The notes under the pieces are model-generated. The model was not told the origin of the DNA. It was given only the letters and a program-made list of their open reading frames with translations, and did not search any database. A DNA stretch of 64,000 nt from Octopus vulgaris (lineage: Eukaryota), in assembly GCA_951406725.2 (NCBI GenBank), contig OX597814.1, forward strand, positions 166,842,001-166,906,000. Reading direction: 5' to 3'. Positions 26,458 through 39,837 of this stretch are shown here, piece by piece (position 1 is the stretch's first letter; every line of letters starts with the position of its first letter). The position numbers were made by a program, and so were the translations under genes.

Positions 26458-27825
26458 TAAATACACTATTTCTCTCCGTTCCCAACACCGTTACCACAAC
26501 GTCATCTGTTTCCATGAAATAGTAAGTTGGATACAATTATTTCATTCGGTGGTGTATACCAATTATTATTCTGAAACTATTTAAAATTCCTTTTTACAAA
26601 GTAAATAATAATGAATACGATGGATTTTAATTGTGATATTTACTTTTCTTTCCGTGCCTTATTGACCGACAACTATTATATTATTATAGGAAAAAATATC
26701 GTGATTATAATGTACTTTGACATATTCTCGCTGTACATAAATCTTGATTAAAAGTTGTACTTCAAAGCCTGAGAACTATTGTTTTAGGCAACTGCTGTTG
26801 ACACAGCCTCTGTTAATAAGTTATACTCACAAAATTTAGCTGTTACTTGGTTGATTTCAACATTTTAAAATGTATGTCACTAGAAAGTGCTCACTCAATG
26901 TCGGGTTTTTACTTTATTACGACTCTTTGCATTCTCTGGCCAAAATCTGCTGCAGTCACCCCTAACTTTCATCATTTCGGAATTGATGAAATAAAGCAGC
27001 GGAGTCAATTTAATCGACTATGTTCATATCTTCCAAATTTGAAGCTTCGTATGTACAGTGTTATATGAAATGAAACCACAAGCAAACTATAAATTAGAAT
27101 TAATTGTTGAGCCAACTTATAACCAAGACCGTCTTAGCAGCATTATAGGCTTGTGGGTAAATCAGAGAACTGGGGCTTTATGGTATTTATTCATTGCCAA
27201 CGAGTCACAATTAAAGTTGGACCCTAAACTCGTGAGGTTCTGGGAAACTGCCCAGTGTGCCAATGTTTTAAGACGGCATAACCTATAACTATTGGTTTGA
27301 TATTCCGACTCACTTGCTCATACATTCTATCAGAACGACTGATTAAAGTTACTCCATGTTTGGATCCCGAGGTTGAAACCAGATTTGGAAAGTGTTATTA
27401 AAAAGAAATGGCATAAAGGAATATTTATATTAAAAAACATAACCCTGAAATTTATAGTAAAGCAAAAATACTAATAACTGTATCATATCTGGCAAACAAA
27501 ATACGTGTATATAATGCAATGAAACCCCAAAAAGTTATATTAATCAAAATACTGTTTGCGACATATATTGCTTGCGACAACCATCTTTTTTTGTGTCACA
27601 AACTACAAAATTTTGCATGATGCTCAAAGACATGAAAATTTCTTCTTACTTTGAAATAAATCATGTTGTGAAAAGTTATCACGAGATAAATCTTTCAGAA
27701 ACGTAAAGTATTAAAGGATTTTAAGCAATTCAAATGAAATGGATCAAATATTTAATATTTTAAATTAATTTGATGAGTTTTATTCTACATAGAATAAATA
27801 AGTTCAATTTTATGTATGCTACAAA

Positions 27826-28040
27826 GGCGGTGAGCTGGCAGAATTGTTAGCATGCCGGACAAAATGCTTAGCGGCATTTCGTCCGTCTTTATGTTCTGAG
27901 TTCAAATGCTGCCGGGGACAGCTTTGCCTTTCATCTTTTTGGGATCGATAAAATAAGTACCAGTTGATCACCGGGAACGGTGTAATCGACTTACTCCATC
28001 CTCCAAAGTTACTGGCCTTGTGCCATTATTTGAAGTTAAT
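27826..28040 (+). mobile_element. SINE family B with tail type iii
   Basis: GGCGGTGAGCTGGCAGAATTG head, core, tail CTGGCCTTGTGCCA..TTTGAA. Confidence 0.88.
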
Positions 28041-28553
28041 ATCATGTATTCTGCATAATTTATTAGTTGTTTAAATGGTAAAATATTCGTCTGCTACTTA
28101 TGCTTGCTTATTCAACGATTTCTCGACATTCAAGTCAGCTGCAGAATATGAAACGAATTTCCTTCATGATTTTCCTACTCTAGACACAAGGCCTTACATT
28201 TAGCATACGAGGAACGACCGGTTAAACAGAGTATTTGACTTGATTACACTTATTTTATCTACCCTGCAAAAATGAATAATTAGCCAAGCCATCTCCTGTC
28301 GTTTATGAACTCAGAATCAAGAGATATCTATTGCTTCCAGTCGCTTCTGTTGTCCTGTCCTTAGCATTTCGAATGTGAAGAAACCACAAAATTTTGAACG
28401 TAATCAGATGAAGGGTCAAAACTATTGCTGTCTTTAAATACAGATCAAGAGACAAATGACCATCGGTTTCTTTTATATTATCCAGACAAGTATTTGTGTC
28501 TATTTTTAGCAGTTTGACTCGAGGGAGGTTTGGTGGTTACTTCTTGTAGATTG

Positions 28554-28630
28554 CGCGACCGCGTCGAGTTTTCTCATTGGCTCAACGCTGGTGTGGTTTT
28601 CTAAGCAGGCGTACTTATATAAAAACGAGT
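28554..28630 (+). promoter_or_regulatory. Possible Pol II core promoter
   Basis: CpG cluster GCGCGACCGCGTCG, inverted CCAAT box (ATTGG 28576-28580) and TATATAAAAA (28616-28625) in non-repeat sequence. Confidence 0.25.
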
Positions 28631-29734
28631 TTATATTTTTGCGAGAATGTGGTAATATATATATAGCTATTTTTAAATCTTGGAGAAGTACTTTTCTTTC
28701 GGCAATCAGAAATTTGCTATTCTGTTTTCTAACTCCCGTGTTTATATAATGAAACACTGCGAATTTATACAAACAGTGCGTTGAAAACAAATTGAAAAGT
28801 AGCATTTGAGAACATTAGATAAACAGAAATCTAATTGCGACACGACTAAATTGCAATCTTCTTTTTTTTTTTTTTCTTGTGAATTTCTCAACAAATTTTC
28901 ACTGAATTATTTTTCTTTTTAGCTTCTTCCCAGGAATCTGCAGTAAAATGAAACACAAACGTTGTCTTGATTGTCACATTTACTGTTTCAAATTTAGATT
29001 ATTTTTATTTTTTAGCGTTACATTCTAAGATGAAGGACATTTCCCATTATCCATGGGGAGGCCATTGGATAAGAGTGTCAGCTGTCAGCAACACACCATT
29101 GGGATGGTAGAGATTGCTTGACAGCTGTCAGTAGTTTAGATTGTCACCTCCGAGCTTAAGCTCCTCCATATGTAAACATTTATTATTCCCAATCTACTGG
29201 AAATTCAGTAGAAGAACCAGAAGTAGGTTGTAAAATTGATCAGATTTCTGCTAATCTTCTTATATTTATCTTTGGAATAAGACTATTTCTCATATATTTG
29301 TTGGAGCATTGTGACTCAAAGTAGCCAGATTGTGATTAAAGACATAATACAAAGAATTAATCAAAGTATATATTAGCACTTCGTAAAGCTACGCAGTAAC
29401 GTTTAAATAACAAAAGCTATCCTTCAATGCCAAGAAAGTTTTATTTAATTGATTTACCTTTTATTATATCTTCAACGAAGGCGAAGAGTTGGCAGAATCG
29501 AGCAATCGACTAGCCTCCACTACCAACATTTCAGGCCTTGTGCCTATATTAGAAATAATTTTCATCTTTAACTATCTTCCCCAAAACCCAAACTCGACTA
29601 ACCCTACCAAGAGGACTTAATAGCACTTACTCTTCTTAGTATGGATTTTATTATTTTTTTTTTATCCCACCTCTAATTTTTTTAAATTACTATCAGTAAT
29701 AAAGAATCTGCAAAAAACCTAATCATAATCTTTC

Positions 29735-30274
29735 AGTTTTTGGTACAAGGCCTGAAATTTGGTAGGAGGGATGTAGTTGATGACATTGAGCCCAATGTTT
29801 CATTGGTATTTATTTTATCGACTCCGAGAAGATGAAAGGCAAAGTCGACCTCGGCGGAGTTTGAACACAAACCGCAAATATGGTTGAAATGCCGCTAAGC
29901 ATTTTGCCCAGCGTGCTAACGGTTCTGCCAGCTCGGAGCCTTATTAATAATAATCCTTTCTTCTATAGGCACAAGGCCTGAAATTTTAAGGGAAGGGGAA
30001 AGAAGATCACATTGACCGCAGTATTTGACTGGTACTTAATTTATCGATCCCGAAAGAATGAAAGGCAAATTCGACTTTGGTGGAATTTGAACTCAAAACG
30101 TAAAGGCGGACAAAATGCCACTAAGCATTTTGCCGGCGTGTTAACGATTCTGTCAGTTTGGCAAAAAGAACGATAGAATAAGTACTAGGCTTAAAAAGAA
30201 TAAGTCCTGGGGTCAATTAGTTCGACTAAAGGCGGTGCTCCAGTCAAATGACTGAAACAAGTAAAAGAATAAAA

Positions 30275-30278
<4 letters not shown>
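29735..30278. mobile_element. Two family B copies (minus) abutting a family A 3' fragment (plus)
   Basis: B cores at 29820-29870 and 30040-30100; A tail from 30161. Confidence 0.85.
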
Positions 30279-30345
<67 letters not shown>

Positions 30346-30346
<1 letters not shown>

Positions 30347-30701
30347 AGAAGTTTGAAAACGCCACTATATAAGATAAATTTTCATTTTCTGAGAGATTTT
30401 ACATGTTTCGGCTCTTCTTGAAAAAACGAACCTTATCAAAAATATATATTTTTAAAAGTTATATTACAGCCAACGATTCTAGTCAACGCACAAGACAGCC
30501 ATTATGTTCCCACACACAAAACACCACCACGTGAACTCTGTTGTGACAAGTAAGAAATAGTTATGAACTTTTGTTTTATTACACTTAGCTTTTAAAATTA
30601 TATATTTTTGAGAAGGTTCGTTTTTTCAAGAAGAACCGAAACATGTAAAATCTCTCAGAAAATTAAAATTTATCTTATATAGTGGCGCTTTCAAACTTCT
30701 T
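30346..30701. mobile_element. Foldback with ~115-bp arms, each holding a hammerhead-like motif; probable inverted Penelope-like terminal repeats in (TA)n
   Basis: 30346-30461 is the reverse complement of 30586-30701 with few mismatches; TTGA(G/T)AA-GGTTC..GA(A/G)CC-GAAACATGTA in each arm. Confidence 0.7.
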
Positions 30702-30739
30702 TTTTATAAATATATACCCACTTGTATGCCACCTACACG

Positions 30740-30820
<81 letters not shown>

Positions 30821-31350
30821 CCGGTATTGACAAGTCATAAAAACGGAACATCGATGTCTATCGCGCCTGAATGGGACGGGATGCGAGTTATCTTTGATTG
30901 TCTATGACTTTCAGCGAATTGATGAGAATATATTCTCTTGCAGCCTACCCACGAACTTGCAAAACACATACCTTGTGCATTCGATATGTGTGTTCGATAT
31001 TGTTTTCATACATGCATGCATGTATTTTATGTGTATTTTATTCCGGATAGAAAATTTCTTCAGGTAGCCATAGACATATAAATATATACATCAGTGTAAT
31101 AAGCAGGTAATGAAGAGTACATTTTGTTGAAAATTACAGAGGTTTTAACGTAAAGATTAGAGATTATTGAAAACTGTTGAACTGTCGTGATTTTAAAATA
31201 GCGTCGTTCTGATTATGGAAGTTAACATTGAAAGTGCTTAATCTAAAGTTAAAACAAATAGGGGCTATCATAATATATTCTTTCTCCCCTTAAATCAATT
31301 TTAAACACATATAGATACATGTAGGTATATGCATACATAGATTTGTGTGT

Positions 31351-31394
<44 letters not shown>

Positions 31395-31395
31395 G

Positions 31396-32297
31396 TCTAC
31401 ACCTCTGAAGTCTACAATTTTAACCAAACAATGTCAGGGACCTATCCATGAAATGGATAAATTGTTATTCATGTGGATGGAAGTTTAATACAAAAAAAAA
31501 CAAATAAAAAACCAGCCATGAGCTTTCTCACAGTGCAAACAAAGGCTAGAAGTCTGTTTCAGACTTTAAAATCACGCTCCGGAGACAATTACGCACAAGA
31601 TTTTCAGGCTAGTAGTGTTTTTTAAAAACAGATTTGCTTTGTATAATGTACGTTTCACAGGAAAAGCAGGAAGTGCAGATGATGATGGAACCCCAAAATG
31701 CGTTGATAGTTTTGACGAATTAATTGAAGAAGAAGGTTATCTACCAGAACCAAATATTCAACATAGATGAAACCGGCTTGCTATGGAAATGAATGCCTAC
31801 TCACACGTACAGAGTCCACGAAGAGAATAGGATGCCAGTATTCAAAGCGTTTAAGGTTAGGTTAACTTAGTTGCTTGGTGGTAATGCTGCGGATTTTAAG
31901 CTGAAGTCTTTTCTAATCTATCATTCGGAAAATTCTCGTGCATTTAAGAATATCAACACGCATACACTGCCCGTTTACTGCCGTTCAAACCGTAAAGCTT
32001 GGTTGACACTGTTCGAAGACTGGTTCATGAACTGCTTCATTCCCCAGGCATGGGAATATTGTGCAGTGAGAGGTATCCATTTAACTGATTATGGACAAAA
32101 CATTAATTTTAGATTGTATTTTTGAATGCAGTACATTAGAGTACATATGTATTTTTCACATTACGTACAAGAATTATGGATTAAATTTCTTTCTAATTTT
32201 ATAACCCGTTTGAATGAAAATAGTGTTAAAAAATATAAATCCAACATACGACATACTTATCAGTCGGAACGGAACTCGGTCGTAAGTCGAGGAGATG
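31396..32297 (+). mobile_element. Tigger/pogo transposon remnant (CENP-B HTH plus start of DDE), internally deleted
   Basis: QGPIHEMDKLLFMWME..QTKARSLF..FQAS..EEGYLPE/QIFNIDETGLLWK*MP..LLGGNAADFKLK..IYHSENSRAFKN..LPVY.RSNRKAW..LFEDWF; 3' terminus GGAACGGAACTCGGTCGTAAGTCGAGGA. Confidence 0.93.
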
Positions 32298-32373
32298 TAT
32301 ATGTGTGTGTGTGTGTGGGGGGTATGTATGTATGTATGTATGTATGTATGTATGTATGTATGTATGTATGTAT

Positions 32374-32796
32374 CAGTCCATAATCACTGAAGATTCGGGT
32401 ATGACACGCGTGTCTGCCAAGTTTGTACCAAAACTGCTTTCAGCTGGCCAAAAAGACACTCGGGTTTCAGCTGCACAAAATCTCCTTGATAATATTGAGA
32501 ACGATAAAACGTTTTGAAATCTTTGCGTAGGCCTCTGGGCAGGTATCGCCAAGCTTTTGGCAAAATTTGATGCAGATTCTCTGCTCAACTTACTCTGTTA
32601 TAGTTTTGTGCGACGATCACACGCTACACACCTTCCTTCTAAACACTGCTGTAAACAGCGGAAGTCAACTAGAATGTTAAGACATAGTGCGCATGCACAG
32701 CAGAGTTCAAGGTCAATCTTTCGCGAGGGGCTTTACTCTGCGTGCTTTAGCTTCGTTACTATGGCAACAGTACGGATATTTATTGATCAGACCAGG
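32374..32796. mobile_element. Rearranged mariner element: internal transposase piece (+) fused to an inverted 5' end (-)
   Basis: + strand QSIITEDSGMTRVSAKFVPKLL..QKDTRV; - strand EQRICIKFCQKLGDTCPEAYAK preceded by 5' UTR and TIR CCTGGTCTGATCAATAAATATCCG after TA at 32797-98. Confidence 0.88.
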
Positions 32797-32964
32797 TATA
32801 TATACGGACTACTGTATTCGAGTTACACATGATCTACAATTATGAGTGCCCGCGTGTGCATGCGTGCGTGATTTTGTGTGTATATGTATGTATGTTCATG
32901 CATGTGCGTGCGAGCGTGCGCGTGTGTGTGTGTATGTGTGTGTTAGTGTATGTGTGTGTGTGTG

Positions 32965-33006
<42 letters not shown>

Positions 33007-33191
33007 TGTGTGTGTGTGCGTTTCCTATGTACCTATCCATTGAATGCCTATTAGATTCCCTATGTGAACATGACATCTCTGAACACAAGACCTGAACTTA
33101 CATCCATCTATTATTATTTACTATTTACTATTATTATATTTATCGTGGTTAGTTTTCTCATCATCATCATCACCATCATCACCACCACCAT

Positions 33192-33257
<66 letters not shown>

Positions 33258-33353
33258 TATCATCATCAGCATCGTCGACGTCGTCACCATCACCATCATC
33301 ATTAACAACATTACCATTATTATTGTTATTGTTTTTGCTGCTGCTGTTGTTAC

Positions 33354-33425
<72 letters not shown>

Positions 33426-34039
33426 GCATAAATTCATTTATAATCTATATATGTTTGCATTCAAACAACCGTTCATATGCTAGCCCATCTGAACTTACAC
33501 ACAAGTGGACGAAAAAAAAAAGAAAATTATACGTATTGAAAGGAGCATACACACACACACACACACACACACACAAAGAAACAAACACATACACCTTTGT
33601 GTACACACACACACACACACGTATACACACGCACACACAAAAGCTTATACATTTAATTCCGCGGGGTGGGTGGATGGAGGTTTGAAGAGCAAAGGAAACA
33701 AGCGAGACACGTTGGCGTTAGTCAATGACTGGCTGTATCGGTGACTAGTAATGTATTCGATAGGTCGGTGGGGAACAGAAACGAAGATACGTGGCGTCAT
33801 TCTTACAGAGTTGACGTTTTTACCTTCATAGTGGCACCAACAGAAAATAGTAGAGTTGCAGCAAGACAATATCTATTTATCTATCTATCTATTTGATAAT
33901 GGTGGTGGTGGTGGGGGGAGGGAGGACAAATGCGCACATAAAATCGCGCGCATTCATTCAAGACACAAATGCAGATATTTAAAGAAGCACACATCTACAT
34001 ACGCACACAGTAATGCAAATAATATACGTGCGCAATATT

Positions 34040-34104
<65 letters not shown>

Positions 34105-34151
34105 TTGGTGTGTGAGTTTTTACACAAATACACATACATACACGTAAACAT

Positions 34152-34185
<34 letters not shown>

Positions 34186-34300
34186 CGTGCGTATGTGTGT
34201 GTGTGAGTGTGTATGTTTATATGTATGTATGTATATAGTGTGAGTACGTGTATGTGTGTGCACAGACAGACATATATATAATTATATATATATACGTATG

Positions 34301-34445
<145 letters not shown>

Positions 34446-35060
34446 TTATATACTTATATATATACATATTTATATATGCACATACATATGTATAGTTGCA
34501 CATATTTGTATAATATTTATGCACACACACACACATATATATATACATAAATATATGTATGTATTTATATATGCATGTACGTATGTATGTGTGTATGTAT
34601 GTATATATCTGTGTGGATCTGTATGTGTACAAAGAACACGCACATATACGCATGTGCTTCAATCTGTATACAAACACGTGCCCACCCAAAACATACGTAT
34701 TTACATCCATACATATGCGTATATATGTGTATATATATATATAAATATATAGTGGAGAGGACAGTCCAAGGAAAAAGAGAGAGAGAAAGAAGGAAGGAGA
34801 GAACAGAGAGAAAGAGAAAGATATAATGAAATTGAAGATATTTTATTGAAACAACTTTGTTGCTTGCTCCTACATACACACACATACACACACACATGCA
34901 TACTCACACACATACGTACTCATGCATACTCACACATATACACACATGTGCGCACGCACACACACAGATAACGATATAGTGTGCCTGGGTATATCTCATT
35001 TTATCTCATAGTTGTTATATATACTTATATGCATATATAGAAATATGCATGTATGTGTGA

Positions 35061-35098
<38 letters not shown>

Positions 35099-35191
35099 AG
35101 AGAAAAGAGAGAGAAGAGAGAGAAAAGAGAGAGAAGAGAAGGGAGAAATAGCTATCTATCTATCTATCTATCTATCTATTTATCTATCATC

Positions 35192-35264
<73 letters not shown>

Positions 35265-35290
35265 GGATAGATAGATAGATAGATAGATAT

Positions 35291-35331
<41 letters not shown>

Positions 35332-36059
35332 AATCCAGGGATATTTCGAGTATTCTGCGTCAGCGTGGTAAGTATCACGTGCAAATAAAGCAAAAGAAAC
35401 AACGTGACAGAAAAATGAACAAGAATACAGAATACATATATAGTTATGCTATGATGAAAGAACGAGCCTGTACCGTTGTTTGTTGTACTGTTTGGTTTGT
35501 CAGGTTTATTAATTGTCGTGGCCTACGCTTCTGCAATTCGAACGCCTGAGCAAGGATTTGTGTGTGCGCGCTGGTGTCTGTGTCTGTGTGCGTGTGAGAT
35601 AAATAGCTGTGCATGCATGCATTTTTTTCCCCTGCCACAACGACGTTGTCCATTGTAAAGAAAAGGCTGATTTATCCTTTCGTCAGCGTTGTTGTCAGAA
35701 GATAAATATTCGGTAAGGACACTGGTAAAGCAGTTGGACGCTTGCTTTAATGATTCCGAGAATCCATCATTCTGGACTGGTATTTTATTTATCAACCTCG
35801 AAAGAATAAAAGTTAAAGTTGACCGAGATGGAATTTGAAGTAAGCGTGGGAGAGAAAACGGGGATGTTAGGGGTAGATTTTAAAATCATGTCTGGTCGTG
35901 TATGTGCACGTGCATGTATAGACTTGTAGTTGGGTGTGGAAAATCTTATCATTAATTTTTCACATTACAGCTGAGGGGAATCATCTATGGGGAATGCCAA
36001 CGCTTATATTTATGGTGCAGTCAGCTAGTTTGCTAATGTATATCAGCGCTCATGAGGGA

Positions 36060-37140
36060 GTAAGAAAAACAAAACCTCATTTGTGAGGCATTAGGGTGAA
36101 GAGAGCTTTCCAATAGGATTCGGATCTTTTCGGTTTGAACGGCAGTTTTTTCTAGCGGTGTCATATGAAATTGTCACCCATAATTATAACCCTAGAATCG
36201 ATCTATTGCATTTCAATCTCTTTTAGGATTAGGGTTAGTTTGGGTTAGGATTAGGGTTAGGGTTAGGGGTGGGGGAAGGGTATCTTTTTTTCTTCACAAA
36301 TGTAAATAAACCCAATCTGTTTCTTAAACGAGGGACATATTCATACGGCACAGAATGCTTTTTAACTCAATAGACGTCACTGATTGGTTGAAATTTGCAG
36401 AAATTGAAGGAAAAAAACAATTAATATCTTACAAACTATAGGATTTTCTCAGTAAAAAGCCAAGAGAAAAAGATGTTTTATAAACACATACTACCAGTAT
36501 ACGAAGTTTAAAATTTTTTAGTTACCTAGAAATTATGTTAAAAACTACCGTTCAAACCGTAAAGATCCTAGGATTCTTCTCTCAGCCAGTTTTCAATATG
36601 ATTCTTTTCTTTTCTATGGTAAAAGTAATGTTTGAACATTTTTATAATCTTCCACTTGATGACGCAATGCGCTGCCAATTCCTACAATATCCCATACATA
36701 TCTCGCTCGAATTGTAATATTACGTCTCTTTTGCATATTAAACGAGGACTTGTGATTGGTGCATCTGTTTCTGAAGAGATCTGTTGCACCCACATATTTC
36801 AGTACGTTCGTCGCACCATTGGGATCACTCGACACCACCTCCGCTTCATATTCAATGGTTTCTGAATTCCATTGTCCATTTAGCGGGCATGTGGCATTGC
36901 CGATGTATGAATAGCCTGCCTCTGTTCTAGGTTTGGACGTACTCATCAATATTGTCTTTATATTGGGTGCGCAGCTAAATGAGAACCTCAACGACTTCAC
37001 GTATCTCTGTGTATCGGAGCAGTGCTTATCGACACAACTAAGGAAGACCCTACCTGCGCAAGTTTTTACCGTAAGAGAAAATGGAGATGTAAACCATGTA
37101 ACCTTAGAGTAGCGTTTTCTCTTGGAGGGGTATATAACTA
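36060..37140 (-). mobile_element. Penelope-like retroelement 3' fragment: linker plus GIY-YIG endonuclease (pseudogene), split by a MITE
   Basis: KRKRYSKVTWFTSPFSLTVKT..GRVFL..VDKH..SFSCAPNIK..CPLNG..IEYEAEV..KYVGATD.FRNRCTNHKSSFN..RYVWD / IKWKII. Confidence 0.88.
36122..36568. mobile_element. 447-bp MITE with GG-starting ~28-bp TIRs, 8-bp TSD and internal TTAGGG repeats (Merlin-like ends)
   Basis: TIRs GGATCTTTTCGGTTTGAACGGCAGTTTT / reverse complement GGATCTTTACGGTTTGAACGGTAGTTTT; perfect TSD TAGGATTC at 36114-36121 and 36569-36576. Confidence 0.93.
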
Positions 37141-37286
37141 GTCTTATCCTTGAAAGTATTGGCAACAAATAGTGTGTGTGTGTGTGTGTATGAGTGTGTG
37201 ACTGTAAAGATATATATACATATATAAACTTACATAGATACATTCATACATACATACATACATACATACATACATACATACATACA

Positions 37287-37320
<34 letters not shown>

Positions 37321-38548
37321 CATACGTACGTACGTACATACATCCATACATACATACTCTAACACAAACACACAAATTTTATTTTTTGTAAACCAACGCA
37401 AACTATAACAACGTCAGAAAAGTTCGGGCGGCACAGATAGAAGTGGATCTTGTTTAGAAGTGCTAGAAAGGTGTAGTCCTCGTTTTGCCAGCTGAGTTGA
37501 ATATTCTTCACTGAGGAAGTATAAGAAAATCGAAACGTGCGGTGCTTTGCACCACATGGCTTTAAAAATCGGATCGCTTTAATTATGTTCGACTAGCTAA
37601 TATCGTTGAAGCTATTTCTCTTGCTTGTTTGAACTTTTTTTTCCCTTTAGCATTTTAAACATTTCCAGTGAATGAATGTTTGTCAGATAATCGAAGATTT
37701 TTAACTCACCATATGACATGTATGAAATTCTTCTGTATATGTGTTTTCAGAAATACTTTTTATCGGCTCTATAATTGATATTCATAATCAACACCTTCCA
37801 TATCATATATCCCATAACATACATACGTGTATGTGTGTGTGTGTGTTCCTTTTTATATGAGTTATGTATAATAGCAATTTAACGTTAAACTGAAATTATC
37901 CACCACCTTTTAATGGCGTACTTATTTATTAGCTTTTACAAGGAACAGGTGGAACAGTGGCTTCCAAGTTAGTTTCGAAGTGCTTGCCGTAATCAAACAA
38001 CATACATGTGTGTATACAAATATATAGATGAATATAATATACATACAAGCATAAACATACACTCATACATACACATACGCACACACACTCACATGCGTGC
38101 GCGCGTACATACAAATACTGTTGATTTCTAAATCTTACATTCTAAATTGAATAGGCTTCACTGATGAGATTTAATAAGACCAGATCGTGTCCGTTGCTTA
38201 CACTAGTTTGACTTTAGACATATAAACCACACTCCTTTGTATCGTCCTTTTTATCCAAAAATTTCGAGTGGCAGTTTTTCCCGCCCCTTGTTGCATTTAG
38301 ATTCTAAATATTCCCGCAAGGAAGTTTGGTTTGCTAACAGTATTGATAATATCAGTCAACGGAAAATTTTTTTTAACTAACTTTATGACAGATTCTAAAC
38401 CCTACTGCATGTGTATTTAGTATGCAAAACATTTCCTTGAATATTATTTCCTGTGTTATTTACAGACACACACACAAACACACACACACATACGTATATA
38501 CACATACATACATACATACATACATACATACATACATACATACATACA

Positions 38549-38582
<34 letters not shown>

Positions 38583-38707
38583 GACACACACATACATGTA
38601 CATACCTACATGCATATGTACATATCTACCTAGCTATCCGGCTATCTCCCTATCCTTGTATATATCTTATATATATACATATAAGTGTGTGTGTGTGTGT
38701 GTATACA

Positions 38708-38753
<46 letters not shown>

Positions 38754-39795
38754 CATACATGCACACACACACACATCCATATATCTATATATCAACAACA
38801 ATAGTGGTGTGTGTGTATGTATATACAAACGCATCCTCACAAGCTTCATGAGATAAGCATATCCCTACTGCCAGGATATGCACACGTGTATATATGTAAC
38901 GACACGTAAATATATAACGTAAATACAAGAAAATTTGCTGACGCACATCAAACACATACCAATGTATCATATATATAAAATGAGTCCAATAAGAGCAAAA
39001 AATTGTATAACCGTTGTGTTCTGTTAAAAAGAGAATCCTCATGTTCCTGACAGAACCATTCTTCGAAGAATAAAACTAATTTAGAAAATATTTTCTCATT
39101 TTGCATATAAAGATAGCTCCTGTATTGATTTCCTGCATAGACAGAGATGTGCAGGATTAACTCGAGTCTGTATGTCTTATTGTTCTGCTAAGGACAAAAG
39201 GAAAGTTGACTACGGCTGGACTTGAACTCAGAGCATAAAGATACATTATATATATATATATATAAACGCGCACGCGTGCACACACACATACACACAGTGT
39301 TATGGTATATTCTGTTAAGAACATAGTAAAGTACAGTATAAAGCTCATCCACCTTCAGATTTCAGTCTGTGTTATCCTGTTGTAGTATTATACATACCTC
39401 CGGGTTTGGGTTTCTGTCGTGTGTGAATAGATAATTTTCAATTATTGCCTTTGAAACGTGGAGTAGAGGAAACAGGGACAACTGAAGGGGAATATTCTTT
39501 ATGTTGTATATCTCGTTTCTGTTTTTACGATGTTTGAAAAATAGTTCGTTTCTGTTTTTGTTTTTATGTTTTCGTTTCTCATTGTGTTCAACGTTTCTTT
39601 GATGTCTTGTACCCATATATGCATGTATATATACATATATATGTAGGTATGTACATATATGTATGTATATATGCATATATTTATATATTATTTATATTAT
39701 TATATAATATAATATATATTTATTTATTTATACGTGTCACTTAACTAAAAAAACAATCTATAAATTTTGTTTACACATTCACACACACACGCACG

Positions 39796-39834
<39 letters not shown>

Positions 39835-39837
39835 GAA

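Noticed and set aside
36222-36270. TTAGGG array as a chromosome end or fusion scar
   Set aside because: Short, degenerate and wholly inside a TIR/TSD-bounded MITE
37510-37540. CTGAGGAA..CGAAACGT hammerhead-like words
   Set aside because: Stem II and stem I do not pair, and there is no valid UH cleavage site
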